DNA from: an uncultured archaeon
GTDB lineage: Archaea; Iainarchaeota; Iainarchaeia; Iainarchaeales; Iainarchaeaceae
Direction: 5' to 3'
NCBI GenBank assembly: GCA_964577555.1
Contig: CAZNZM010000003.1
Location: 35,837 to 67,836, forward strand
Length of the DNA: 32,000 bases
The notes under the pieces were generated by a model, which worked only from the letters and a program-made list of their open reading frames with translations, did no database searches and was not told the DNA's origin. A program made the position numbers and the translations under genes. Positions 1-8,434 of the stretch are shown here, in pieces; the first letter of the stretch is position 1, and every line of letters starts with the position of its first letter.

Positions 1-195
1 CCTGGCGGAATTGCTGTTATCCAGTTTGACTGTTTTAGTCCTAACAGTCTTAAATTTAATGATGATGTTAGATTCAAGAATGAAATTGCTCTTTTATTGA
101 GGCAATATAGAATTAATAATTTTGAATTTAAACGGACTGGTTCAGATTTATGGCCTACTGTTTTATTTTTTCAAAAACCGGTTGTTAAATTGTGA
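1..195 (+). CDS. C-terminal fragment (truncated by the window edge) of a class I SAM-dependent methyltransferase-like protein; paralog of 5464..6225
   Basis: Frame 1 is open from base 1 to TGA at 193-195. The translation PGGIAVIQFDCFSPNSLKFNDDVRFKNEIALLLRQYRINNFEFKRTGSDLWPTVLFFQKPVVKL parallels the C-terminus of the 5464..6225 product (RPGGIAVIHFG...ILYFEKPFVKIP). Nt 1-27 match 6067-6093 at 24 of 27 positions (hand aligned). Confidence 0.6.
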   Translation, partial: PGGIAVIQFDCFSPNSLKFNDDVRFKNEIALLLRQYRINNFEFKRTGSDLWPTVLFFQKPVVKL

Positions 196-339
196 GTGGT
201 GTTCCAAGTATTTTCAATATTGCAAAGTGTTTTTTAGAAGCTAATGAAATTGCCAAAAATTTGTGGCGGTTGCGTAGTCTTGTGTGGGTATTAAGTGCTT
301 TAGGTTATAGTAACGTCATTTTTTAATTATTTTTTTGTT

Positions 340-1110
340 TTGTCATTTGTGGTTTTTATGAATGGCTTTACTGCTCATATTATTGTTAAGAATGAAGAAA
401 GATTCATTAATTATGCTATTGAGTCTGCGCTTCTTATTGCTGATCAAGTTATTGTTTTTGATACTGGTTCTACGGATTCAACAATTGAAATAGTGCAATC
501 TTTGGTTAGAAAATATCCTAATAAAATATTTTTTTTTGAGAAGGGTAATCAGAGCACAACTGGGCTTGTTGAATTGAGAAATGAAATGATAAAGCTTACT
601 AAGACTGATTGGTTTTTTTTAGTAGACGGTGATGAAGTAGTCTCTATAAAAAATTTATCTGCTTTTTTAAATTTTTTTAGTTCTTTGTCTGAAAAAGTTT
701 CAAGAGTTGAGGTGAATAGGCGTGATTTTATAGGAGATGCTAATTTAGTGGCAAGAAATAGTTTGGTTGGGCGGTTTTATAAGACAAATAAAATAGTTTT
801 TTTTGGGGAATATCCTTTTGAATATCCTGTTTTGAAAGACTTTTCAAAAGAAACAATTGAATCTTTTTCTGTAAGCATTTCGGAAGATTTGGTTTTGTAC
901 AATCATTTTACTTATTTTGCCCGTTCGCAAAAAGATAATGATGTAAAGTTTGGGAGACACTGGCGTAAGTTGCCTTTTCCAATATTATTGTATTTTGGGT
1001 CAAAACCTGTTCCAAATATTGATGAAAATTTGGTTGTTGCTTTGTTAAAATTTCCGATTTATAATTTAATTGGGTTGTTTAATAATATGTTGTTATTTAA
1101 TAGAAAATAG
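340..1110 (+). CDS. Glycosyltransferase family 2 (GT-A fold)
   Basis: ORF track 340..1110 starts at TTG; the first ATG is at 358. HIIVKNEE, VFDTGSTDST and the DxD-like FLVDGDE motifs are typical of GT2 enzymes. Confidence 0.7.
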   Translation: MSFVVFMNGFTAHIIVKNEERFINYAIESALLIADQVIVFDTGSTDSTIEIVQSLVRKYPNKIFFFEKGNQSTTGLVELRNEMIKLTKTDWFFLVDGDEVVSIKNLSAFLNFFSSLSEKVSRVEVNRRDFIGDANLVARNSLVGRFYKTNKIVFFGEYPFEYPVLKDFSKETIESFSVSISEDLVLYNHFTYFARSQKDNDVKFGRHWRKLPFPILLYFGSKPVPNIDENLVVALLKFPIYNLIGLFNNMLLFNRK

Positions 1111-1306
1111 TGATTTTTTTTTAATATAAATTTCATTTATTTTTTTTATTAAGATTTTGTTTTTAATTTTGGAATTGTTTTTTTTGTTATTTTTTTTGTA
1201 TTCTTTTTTTGTGAGCCATTTTTTTTATTTTCTTTTTTTTCGTTTTTTTTTTAATTTTAATACTTTGTTTTTTTTGTTTGTTTTGGTTTTTTAATACTTT
1301 CCTAAA
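1111..1306 (+). repeat. G/T-rich intergenic array A (T-run array with GTGAGCC core at 1211-1217)
   Basis: Starts right after the stop of the + gene 340..1110. Long T6-T10 runs are separated by short islands. The core GTGAGCCAT is flanked by T7/T8 runs, as in the other arrays. Confidence 0.6.
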
Positions 1307-2527
1307 TTGTTTTTTTTTGTGGTTGGCAAGAAGATTGTTCCTGCGGTTAGGGCTTTGGGCATAAAGCATGCGACTCGTGATGTTGTTCCGATTGCGCAGG
1401 AAGTTGAAAGGTCTGGTAAAAAGGTTTTGTATTTGAATATTGGGGACCCAATGGTTTTTGATTATCGTACTCCTGAGCATTTGTGGCAGGCTATTTTTGA
1501 GAATAAGAAAAATGCTGAGGGTTATTCTGATTCTTTGGGTTATTTGGGTGCAAGAAAAGCTGTTGCTGATTATGCTAAGCGAATGGGTGTTGGTGGTGTT
1601 TCTTGGGATGATGTTATTACTTTTGTTGGTGGGAGCGAGGCCATAATTTTTTCTATGCAGGCTCTTTTTAATCGTGGCGAGAATTGTCTTGTTCCTGTGC
1701 CTGGTTATTCTATTTTTACTGGGGAACTTGCTTTTTTGGAGTGCGAAGCTAATGGTTATTATTTGGATGAGGAGAATGGTTGGCAACCTGATGTTGATAT
1801 GATTGAAAGGAATATAAATGAAAAGACCAGAGCTATTGTTGTTATTAATCCTAATAATCCTACTGGTTCTGTTTTTTCTCGCGGTACTTTGAAAAAGATT
1901 GTTGACATTGCTGGTTCTCATGATTTGGTTGTTTTTGCTGATGAAACTTATGATCAGTTGTTGTTTGATGATGAAACTTTTGTTCCAATGGCTTCGCTTT
2001 CTGATGATGTTCCAATGATTTGTTTTGGCAGTATTTCCAAGAATTATCTTGCGCCTGGTTTTAGGGGTGGTTGGATTTATCAGCATGGGCCTAAAGAGGT
2101 TTTGAGTGATTATTTTGATGCTATTAAGAGGTTTTCTAGGTTGAGGCTTTCGACTGTTGCGCCTGTGCAGTATGCTATTGAAGCGGCTTTGAATGGGCCT
2201 CAGAATCATTTGGGAAAGTTGAGGGATAAGCTTAGAAAAAGGCGTGATCTTGCTTTTAAGAGGTTGAATGAGGTTCGTGGTTTGAGTTGTGTCAAGCCTA
2301 AAGGTGCTTTTTATTCTTATCCTAGGATTGATTTTCCGATTGAGTCTGATAGGCAGTTTGTGGTTGATCTTGTGAAGCAGAAAGGTGTTTTGTGTGTTTA
2401 TGGTGAAGGTTTTGGGCAAAAGCCTGGGACGCATCATTTTAGGATTGTTTTTTTGCCGCCTGAGGATGTTCTTTCAGAAGCTTTTGATAAGATTGACGAG
2501 TTTATTCGTGAAAATTACAGGTTTTGA
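1307..2527 (+). CDS. PLP-dependent class I aminotransferase, alanine/aspartate aminotransferase-like
   Basis: 406-aa ORF. NIGDP, INPNNPTG, the SxSK-like GSISKNY (PLP lysine region) and the C-terminal HFRIVFLPP resemble archaeal alanine aminotransferases. The start is uncertain (TTG 1307 or GTG 1319). Confidence 0.9.
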   Translation: MFFFVVGKKIVPAVRALGIKHATRDVVPIAQEVERSGKKVLYLNIGDPMVFDYRTPEHLWQAIFENKKNAEGYSDSLGYLGARKAVADYAKRMGVGGVSWDDVITFVGGSEAIIFSMQALFNRGENCLVPVPGYSIFTGELAFLECEANGYYLDEENGWQPDVDMIERNINEKTRAIVVINPNNPTGSVFSRGTLKKIVDIAGSHDLVVFADETYDQLLFDDETFVPMASLSDDVPMICFGSISKNYLAPGFRGGWIYQHGPKEVLSDYFDAIKRFSRLRLSTVAPVQYAIEAALNGPQNHLGKLRDKLRKRRDLAFKRLNEVRGLSCVKPKGAFYSYPRIDFPIESDRQFVVDLVKQKGVLCVYGEGFGQKPGTHHFRIVFLPPEDVLSEAFDKIDEFIRENYRF

Positions 2528-4293
2528 TTTTTGTTTTTCATTATTTCTTTGAAAAGTGCTATTGCGGCTTTTTTTGGGCCTTCTAATTCCATTCCTTGCA
2601 ATCCTAATTGTGTTTTGATTTGTCCAACATAAATTCCTTCTTTGAACATTTGTTTGAAGTATTTTTCGGCTATGATTTCGTGTTCTTCTTTTAGTTGTAA
2701 TGGGCCGAATATGTTTGCATAGTATGTTGTTGAAATTCCTGTTTCTTGGGTTGTGCCTTTTGCCAGTCTTTTTCCTTCTTTAAAAACAGCCATTGCTTCT
2801 TCTGGTGTTTTGAATCTTTGCAAGTAGTTTTCGTCTTCTGGTTTTTCGTAGTTGTTTGCATAAAGAAAATAGTCTATGTTCCAACCGTGTTGTATTTCTT
2901 TGAGCGTGGTTACTGGTATTATTATTCTTGCGTTTGGTTCTCGGTTTGGTATCATTATTATCATTCTGTCTAGTTGTCCATAAACGTATCCTGTGTCAAG
3001 GTCGTCTATTCTTACAAAGGCTCCGATTTCTGTGCCGTATGCCTTGATTTTTCCGTCTTTTCCTATTTCAAGAGAACCCATGTCGTCAAATATTATTTTC
3101 ATTTCTCTTAGGTTTTCTCCGCTTAGCATTCTTAATGCTTCTAGTGATTCGCTTTTTCCTGCTCCTGAATCTCCGACTAATATTATGTTTGCTTTTTTGC
3201 CTGTTTTCATTGTTATTCTTACCATTGCTCCGTGGATTGGCATTCTTCCTCTTTTTATCCAAATCGAGTTGTGGAGGGTGAGCATCATTTTTTTTATGTA
3301 TCCAAAGTAGCCGAATTCTTTGTCTGCTGGAATTGCTCCAATCATTAAATTGTTTTTTTCGTCAATGTAGTAAATCGTTTTTTCTGGGTAATATTTTTCG
3401 AATGTTTTTAGTGGCAAGCCGTAGACATATATTGCGTCCGGTTTTTTTTTCAGGTCTTGGTCTGTGCAAAGTTCGAAAAGGTTTGCTGTTGAAAGAGCCA
3501 TTCCTGTATAGAAGTCGTGGAAGTATAAGTAAATAATTAGTTCTCCTACTTTTGCTGGGAAGCAAAGCCATTCTTGTTCGTTGAATTCTGTGTTTTCAAT
3601 TGGGTTTGATTTTACTATTTTGAATTCTCCTTTTCTTTTGTTTATGAGCGGGTCTATTATTACTGGTGGATTTAATAGTATTTGTCTTATCATCGGGATT
3701 TTTTTTAGTTCTGCATATTCGTTTGGGATTTTTGGTTCTATTTTTTTTGCTATTGCTCCGACTGTGCAACCTGCTGGGACTTGGCGGAAAATAATCGGGT
3801 GTTCTCCTGTTATATTTTCTTGCATGTCTCTATAGATTTTTCTGACTGTGTGGTTGAGTTTTTCAATTGTGTCGTTGAATGTTCTGTATGGTTTTTTGTC
3901 TATTTCTTTGTCTGGCGAGTTTTGGTCTTGTAGGCATATTAGGTAGCGTTCGTGGTTGCGCCAGTAATTATAAAGTTCTTCTACGAATCTGTCCAGCAAG
4001 TATGGTTCTTTAAAGAATGTTTCCAATTCTGGGTTGTTTTTTAATGCTGTTTTTATATCGTGTTTTGCTATGCATTTTAGTGCTTTGTGGAGTTGTTCTT
4101 CTTGTTCTTTTTCGGTTGTTTTTGGGAGGAGTTTCAAAAATTCGGATTTTTTTTCTCTTAATTTTTTTAATAGGTTTGAAAGCATTGTTTTGAATAGTTC
4201 GCTGTCAATTATTTTGTCAATGTTTCCCCATTCAAGGCTTGTGGTTTTTATTATTACTTGTTTTCCTTGGAATGAAACTTTTGTTGCCATCAA
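2515..4293 (-). CDS. Uncharacterised 592-aa protein with an HPr kinase/PEPCK-like P-loop kinase domain
   Basis: Long ORF with ordinary (not low-complexity) composition. IHGAMVRI...ANIILVGDSGAGKSESLEAL...IIFDD matches the HprK-type signature HG..V...G.SG.GKSE..L.L...DD. The N-terminal ~350 aa have no motif I recognise. Confidence 0.7.
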   Translation of the reverse strand: MMATKVSFQGKQVIIKTTSLEWGNIDKIIDSELFKTMLSNLLKKLREKKSEFLKLLPKTTEKEQEEQLHKALKCIAKHDIKTALKNNPELETFFKEPYLLDRFVEELYNYWRNHERYLICLQDQNSPDKEIDKKPYRTFNDTIEKLNHTVRKIYRDMQENITGEHPIIFRQVPAGCTVGAIAKKIEPKIPNEYAELKKIPMIRQILLNPPVIIDPLINKRKGEFKIVKSNPIENTEFNEQEWLCFPAKVGELIIYLYFHDFYTGMALSTANLFELCTDQDLKKKPDAIYVYGLPLKTFEKYYPEKTIYYIDEKNNLMIGAIPADKEFGYFGYIKKMMLTLHNSIWIKRGRMPIHGAMVRITMKTGKKANIILVGDSGAGKSESLEALRMLSGENLREMKIIFDDMGSLEIGKDGKIKAYGTEIGAFVRIDDLDTGYVYGQLDRMIIMIPNREPNARIIIPVTTLKEIQHGWNIDYFLYANNYEKPEDENYLQRFKTPEEAMAVFKEGKRLAKGTTQETGISTTYYANIFGPLQLKEEHEIIAEKYFKQMFKEGIYVGQIKTQLGLQGMELEGPKKAAIALFKEIMKNKNQNL

Positions 4294-4394
4294 AATGTTT
4301 TTTTTGCATTATGTTTTTAATTAGGTTCATTGCTCTTTTGTTTTTTTTCATATTTCCTTTTAAAACCTGATTATTTGGGTTTTTTTGGCATTTC

Positions 4395-4403
4395 TTTATA
4401 AAT
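4395..4403 (+). promoter_or_regulatory. Candidate archaeal TATA box for the DUF1931 gene
   Basis: TTTATAAAT lies about 65 nt upstream of ATG 4467, in the divergent intergenic region. Confidence 0.3.
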
Positions 4404-4424
4404 CTTTTTTCAGTGTTTAATTTG

Positions 4425-4443
4425 TTTCCTTTTGAAAAGGAAA
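4425..4443. promoter_or_regulatory. 19-bp perfect palindrome (candidate operator) in the leader of the DUF1931 gene
   Basis: TTTCCTTTT-G-AAAAGGAAA, 9-bp arms around one central base, between the TATA-like box and the SD GGAGGT at 4454-4459. Confidence 0.3.
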
Positions 4444-4466
4444 ATAAAACTATGGAGGTATTTTCA

Positions 4467-4643
4467 ATGACTGATCTTTTAGTTGTTGGTTCAAAGGTGA
4501 AGGAAGAGATAAAAAAGTATGACTGTAATACTGCTGGCGATGCGGTTGAGGCGCTCAGTAAAATGGTTGAGGATGTAATAAAAAAGGCCGCCGAAAGGGC
4601 AAAAGCCAACGGTAGGAAGACGGTCAGGGCAGAGGACTTTTAA
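4467..4643 (+). CDS. DUF1931-family histone-fold protein (58 aa)
   Basis: SD GGAGGT lies 7 nt upstream of ATG 4467, inside the longer track ORF 4413..4643. MTDLLVVGSKVKEEIKK...AVEALSKMVEDVIKKAAERAKANGRKTVRAEDF is the typical DUF1931 pattern. Confidence 0.75.
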   Translation: MTDLLVVGSKVKEEIKKYDCNTAGDAVEALSKMVEDVIKKAAERAKANGRKTVRAEDF

Positions 4644-4690
4644 TTTTTGTAATGTAAATGAAAAAGGATTTTGTTTTGTATTTTTTTTAT

Positions 4691-4717
4691 GGGGCTTTGG
4701 GTTTGCCCCGTTTTTTT
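4691..4717 (+). terminator. Hairpin plus T-run terminator after the DUF1931 gene
   Basis: GGGGC (4691-4695), loop TTTGGGTTT, GCCCC (4705-4709), then G and T7 (4711-4717). Confidence 0.55.
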
Positions 4718-5405
4718 AATTTTGTATTTTTATTTTGATTAGTTTTTTTGTGCTATGGCTTAGTATTTTGTGGCTTTTTTTTGTGATTAATATGTCGTCT
4801 TCTATTCTTATGCCGAATTTTTTTGGCAGGTAGATTCCTGGTTCTATTGTTATTATGTCTCCTGTTTTGAGGAATTGGTTTGGTTTTTTGGATAGTTTGG
4901 GGTTTGCATGTATTATTTTTGACAAACCGTGTCCTAGGCTGTGGTTGAAGTATTTTGCGTGTTTTCCAAGTATTTTTAGTGCGTGTTTGTAAATTTTGTT
5001 GCCGTCTGTTTTTGGCTTTAGCATTTTTATGCATTCTTGGTTTGCGCGAAGTACTTTTGAGTATATTTTTTTTTCTTTTTTTGATGGTTCGCCGAAGTAT
5101 ATTGTTCTTGTCATGTCTCCGCAGTATTTGTTTACTCTTGCGCCAAAGTCTATTACACAGAAGCCTTTTTTTAGTTTTGTTTTGTTTGGCTTGTGGTGCC
5201 AATCTACCGCGTTTTCTGCTGTTGCAACTATTGTTTGAAAAGCGTTTTTTGCTCTTGCTTTTTTTATTTCTTTGTCAATGAATTTGGCTATGTCTTTTTC
5301 TGTTTTGAATTCGTTTTTTTTGAGTTTTTTCAAGAGTTTTGCAAATATTTTGTCGTTTATTTTGCATGCTTTTGAAATGTTTTTTGTTTTTTGATTTTTT
5401 GTCAT
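4716..5405 (-). CDS. M24-family metallopeptidase (Xaa-Pro dipeptidase/aminopeptidase-like, catalytic domain only)
   Basis: Pita-bread metal-ligand pattern: VIDFGA, CGDMTRT, HSLGHG, TIEPG, IRIEDD. Confidence 0.8.
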   Translation of the reverse strand: MTKNQKTKNISKACKINDKIFAKLLKKLKKNEFKTEKDIAKFIDKEIKKARAKNAFQTIVATAENAVDWHHKPNKTKLKKGFCVIDFGARVNKYCGDMTRTIYFGEPSKKEKKIYSKVLRANQECIKMLKPKTDGNKIYKHALKILGKHAKYFNHSLGHGLSKIIHANPKLSKKPNQFLKTGDIITIEPGIYLPKKFGIRIEDDILITKKSHKILSHSTKKLIKIKIQN

Positions 5406-5463
5406 GCAATCATTAAGTTATTTTTGGCATGATTTTAATTATGTTTGTTTTTTTTGTTTGTAT

Positions 5464-6225
5464 ATGGTTGGGAAACGTTTGAGGAATAGGCCTTTAGCGA
5501 ATGACGATCCAAGGGTGCCTTTTCCATGGCGTCGTTTAGGTCGGTCAGAAAGAACTCGTAAGCCTAATAATTATGCGCGTGAAGTTTCAATTTTTGATGG
5601 TTATGTAACAGCACGTGATATTAGAGCTACTTGGGGTGTTTTTGAAACAGGAATTAATAATGCTAAACGCATTTTGCATTTTGATATTAAAAGACATGTT
5701 GCTGCTTTATTGTCTAAAGATAATGTTCGTGTGGTTAATGTTCTTGATTTGGGTTGTGGCAAGGGTGTTGCGTTGAATGATTTGAAAAGGCTTTTTGGTG
5801 ATAGGGTGAGGACTTTTGGGCAGGTTGCGGCTGTTACTTCTAATGAAAAATATGATGGTGTTGATAGGCTTTTGGTTGGTTCTTTGACTTTGCCTGAAAA
5901 ACCGCTTAAGCTTGTTGATAAAAGTAAAGTTGTGAATGTTAATTTAGATAAGTGCAGAGTTTTTAGGCCTAGGCCTATTATGGATTTGATTTATTCTACT
6001 TATGGCCCTGCTTATCATTCTTTTTTGAGGTTGACTATATTTGAAGAGGTTATTAAGTGGCTTAGGCCCGGCGGAATTGCTGTTATTCATTTTGGCACTC
6101 CTTATAATAGGCTTGAATTGAAGAATGAGCTTGCTGTTTTGATGAAACAATATGGTGTTAAGGAATGGTTTATTAAGAAGGGTGGGATTTTATATTTTGA
6201 AAAACCTTTTGTTAAAATTCCTTGA
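5464..6225 (+). CDS. Class I SAM-dependent methyltransferase-like protein with a basic N-terminus
   Basis: Motif I VLDLGCGKG and the later RPGGIAV motif. Start placed at ATG 5464, because the track start 5404 overlaps the divergent gene's start. Confidence 0.65.
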   Translation: MVGKRLRNRPLANDDPRVPFPWRRLGRSERTRKPNNYAREVSIFDGYVTARDIRATWGVFETGINNAKRILHFDIKRHVAALLSKDNVRVVNVLDLGCGKGVALNDLKRLFGDRVRTFGQVAAVTSNEKYDGVDRLLVGSLTLPEKPLKLVDKSKVVNVNLDKCRVFRPRPIMDLIYSTYGPAYHSFLRLTIFEEVIKWLRPGGIAVIHFGTPYNRLELKNELAVLMKQYGVKEWFIKKGGILYFEKPFVKIP

Positions 6226-6623
6226 TATTGTTGTAAGATTTTTTTTAGCTTAATTTGTTTTTTTTTGATTTTTAAGAATTTCAAGTTTGCTTTTTTGTTT
6301 TTTTTGTTAATTGTTTTTTTATTTGTTTTTTTTTGTTTGGTTTTTGCAAGCTGTTTTTTTATGGAATTTGTTTTTTTTTTAATTTTAAATTGTTTTGTCT
6401 TTTTTTTTGTGGTTTGGTTTTTTTTTCAAGCTGTTTTTTTTTTATGGAATTTTGTTTTTTTTTGGCGAGCCGATTTTTTTTTGTTAATTGTTTTTTTTTA
6501 TTTGTTTTTTTTTAATTTTTGTTGTTTTTTTTGGTGTTGGTGATTTTTTTTTTGTTATTTTTTTTTAATTTTTGTTGTTTTTTTTGTGGCTTGTTTTTTT
6601 TGTTTTTTTAAATTCTATTTTTT
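6226..6623 (+). repeat. G/T-rich intergenic array B (internal duplications; GCGAGCC core at 6465-6471)
   Basis: Fills the whole gap between convergent genes. Repeated modules are CAAGCTG-Tn-ATGGAATTTG (6347-6380 and 6427-6463) and TTGTTAATTG-Tn-ATTTG-Tn (6304-6334 and 6481-6513). GTGGCTTG at 6586-6593. Confidence 0.75.
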
Positions 6624-7136
6624 TTAGGGTGTTATTCTTGTGACTTCGTAGTAGTTTATTTCGTTTTCCGAGTCTACAACTGCGTTTAAAAGTTTTGTTT
6701 TTAGGTTTCCTGCCAATCTGACCATTCTGGATAGTTCTATGAAATTGTATTTGTCGTCTTGTGATGTTACGTTTATGCACCATTGTGAATGTGCTTCTCC
6801 TGGTTTTTTTCCTCTTGGATATACTCTGAAATCAAATCCGAATTTGAATCCTGTTTTTACTACAAATCCTCTGTTTCTTAGGTCTTTGAATACTTGGTAT
6901 TTTAGGTAAAAGTTTTTGATTTTTTTGTCCGCGTAATTCAAGTATTCTTCTTCATTCATTGTTTTTCCTGTTTTTCCGTTTGTTATGCTGAATTTTTCTT
7001 TTTCAAGCAGGTATAGTCCTTCAAACAAGTCTAATATTAGTTCTTGTTCTTTGTTTTCGCCGAAGCCTCTTTGTCTTAATGCGTCTGCCAGTCTTTTGTC
7101 TTTTGTGAGTATTTTGTCGTTTATGATTATTGCCAT
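6624..7136 (-). CDS. endA: tRNA-splicing endonuclease (short homotetramer-type EndA, 170 aa)
   Basis: The C-terminal catalytic-domain pattern KTGFKFGFDFRVYPRG...GEAHSQW and the overall size are typical of archaeal EndA. Confidence 0.85.
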   Translation of the reverse strand: MAIIINDKILTKDKRLADALRQRGFGENKEQELILDLFEGLYLLEKEKFSITNGKTGKTMNEEEYLNYADKKIKNFYLKYQVFKDLRNRGFVVKTGFKFGFDFRVYPRGKKPGEAHSQWCINVTSQDDKYNFIELSRMVRLAGNLKTKLLNAVVDSENEINYYEVTRITP

Positions 7137-7335
7137 AATAATTCTATTTTGGCAATTGGTTATTAATGATTGTTGTTTGTCATTTTGTTAAATTGGTGTT
7201 GTATGTGGTTTTGTTTTAAAAAATTTTGATTGTTTTTTTTGTTTTGTATTTGATTTTTAATTGGTTTGTTGTGAAACTTTTTTGGTTAAATATGTTTTTG
7301 AATTTAATATGTTTTAATATTTTGGGTGGTTTTTT

Positions 7336-8427
7336 TTGGAAAAGCCTTTGATTGATCCTTGGGGTTCTTTTGCAGTTAATGATTATACGCATGTTTTTCG
7401 TGAGTTTGGATTGACTCCTTTTTCTAGGGATTTTGCTGGGAATTTTGATTTTTTTCTTTTTGAGCGTGGCATTGTTGTTGCTCATAGGGATTTTGACAAG
7501 GTTTTGAAGAGGATTGAATCTAAGAAGCCTTTTATTAATATGACTGGCATTGCTTCTTCTGGGCCTTTTCATTTAGGGCATAAGGTGGATGTGGATTTGT
7601 TCAAGTTTTTCAAGTCGAAGGGTGGTAGGAATTATTTTGCTGTTTGTGACATTGATGCTTATGTGAGCAGGCCTGATGAGAAAATTCCTGATTTGAGGAC
7701 GGCTAAAAAGTTTGCTGTTCTTAATGTGGCTGATTTGCTTGCTTTGGGTTTGGAGAAGGAGGATATTTATGTTCAGTCAAGGCAAGGAAGCAGGTATTAT
7801 GAATTTGCTTTTGAGTTGAGTAAAAAGATAACTAAAAATACTTTTGAAGCTGTTTACGGGCATGTTGATTTGGGTAAGGTTTCTGCTAATTTGTTGCAGT
7901 ATTCTGATATTTTACATCCTCAATTGGTTGAGTTTGAGGGCCCGATGCCTTCTGTTACTGGCATTGGTTTGGATCAGGATCCGCATGCACGTTTGGTAAG
8001 GGATATTGTTAAGAGGTTGCCTTACAAAATGCAGGTTCCTTCTTTTATTTATTTTAAGCATCAGTCTGGTTTGCAGCCGGGACAAAAGATGTCTGCTTCA
8101 AAGCCTGAAACCGCTATTTTTTTGTCCGATTCGCCAAAGGATATTGAGAAAAAAATAAATAGGGCTTTTTCTGGTGGCCAGCCAACTGTTGAAGAGCATC
8201 GTGCAAAGGGTGGTAATATTGAAATTGACATGGTTTTTGAAATGTTGAAGTTTCATTATCCTGACACGAAAGAGCTTGAAAAGATTGGCATGGATTTTGC
8301 TTCGGGTAAAATGCTTGCATCTGAGTTGAAAAAATTTGCGGTTGATTTCTTTGTGCCTTTGCTTGTAGAGCACCAAAAAATGGCTAAGGGCAATATTGAA
8401 TTGGCTGAAAAATTGGTTTACGGGTGA
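7336..8427 (+). CDS. trpS: Tryptophanyl-tRNA synthetase (archaeal/eukaryotic type)
   Basis: Class I signatures HLGH and KMSAS. TTG start at 7336 with GGGTGG 6 nt upstream. Confidence 0.9.
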   Translation: MEKPLIDPWGSFAVNDYTHVFREFGLTPFSRDFAGNFDFFLFERGIVVAHRDFDKVLKRIESKKPFINMTGIASSGPFHLGHKVDVDLFKFFKSKGGRNYFAVCDIDAYVSRPDEKIPDLRTAKKFAVLNVADLLALGLEKEDIYVQSRQGSRYYEFAFELSKKITKNTFEAVYGHVDLGKVSANLLQYSDILHPQLVEFEGPMPSVTGIGLDQDPHARLVRDIVKRLPYKMQVPSFIYFKHQSGLQPGQKMSASKPETAIFLSDSPKDIEKKINRAFSGGQPTVEEHRAKGGNIEIDMVFEMLKFHYPDTKELEKIGMDFASGKMLASELKKFAVDFFVPLLVEHQKMAKGNIELAEKLVYG

Positions 8428-8434
8428 TTATTTT

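Noticed and set aside
244-294. 16-aa ORF MKLPKICGGCVVLCGY in the gap before the glycosyltransferase gene
   Set aside because: It has no SD, is very short, and has no supporting context.
1187-2437. 416-aa minus-strand ORF antisense to the aminotransferase gene
   Set aside because: Its product is a low-complexity K/N/R/I/T/Q string with no motifs. It stays open only because the minus strand is so A-rich that stop codons are rare in that frame. The opposite-strand ORF has clear aminotransferase motifs.
4753-5202. Alternative-frame ORFs inside and antisense to the M24 peptidase gene (4753..5202 minus; 4955..5281, 4996..5238 and 5193..5375 plus)
   Set aside because: They are R/K/N- or F/L/C-rich low-complexity products typical of skew-driven open frames. 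The M24 frame carries all five metal-ligand motifs.
6265-6543. F/L/C/V-rich plus-strand ORFs inside the T-rich arrays (6265..6543, 6333..6515, 10570..10836, 10620..10802, 22116..22304)
   Set aside because: These are translations of poly-T DNA (Phe codons). They use non-ATG starts with no SD, several overlapping frames are open at once, and homopolymer length differences between homologous modules would break any frame.
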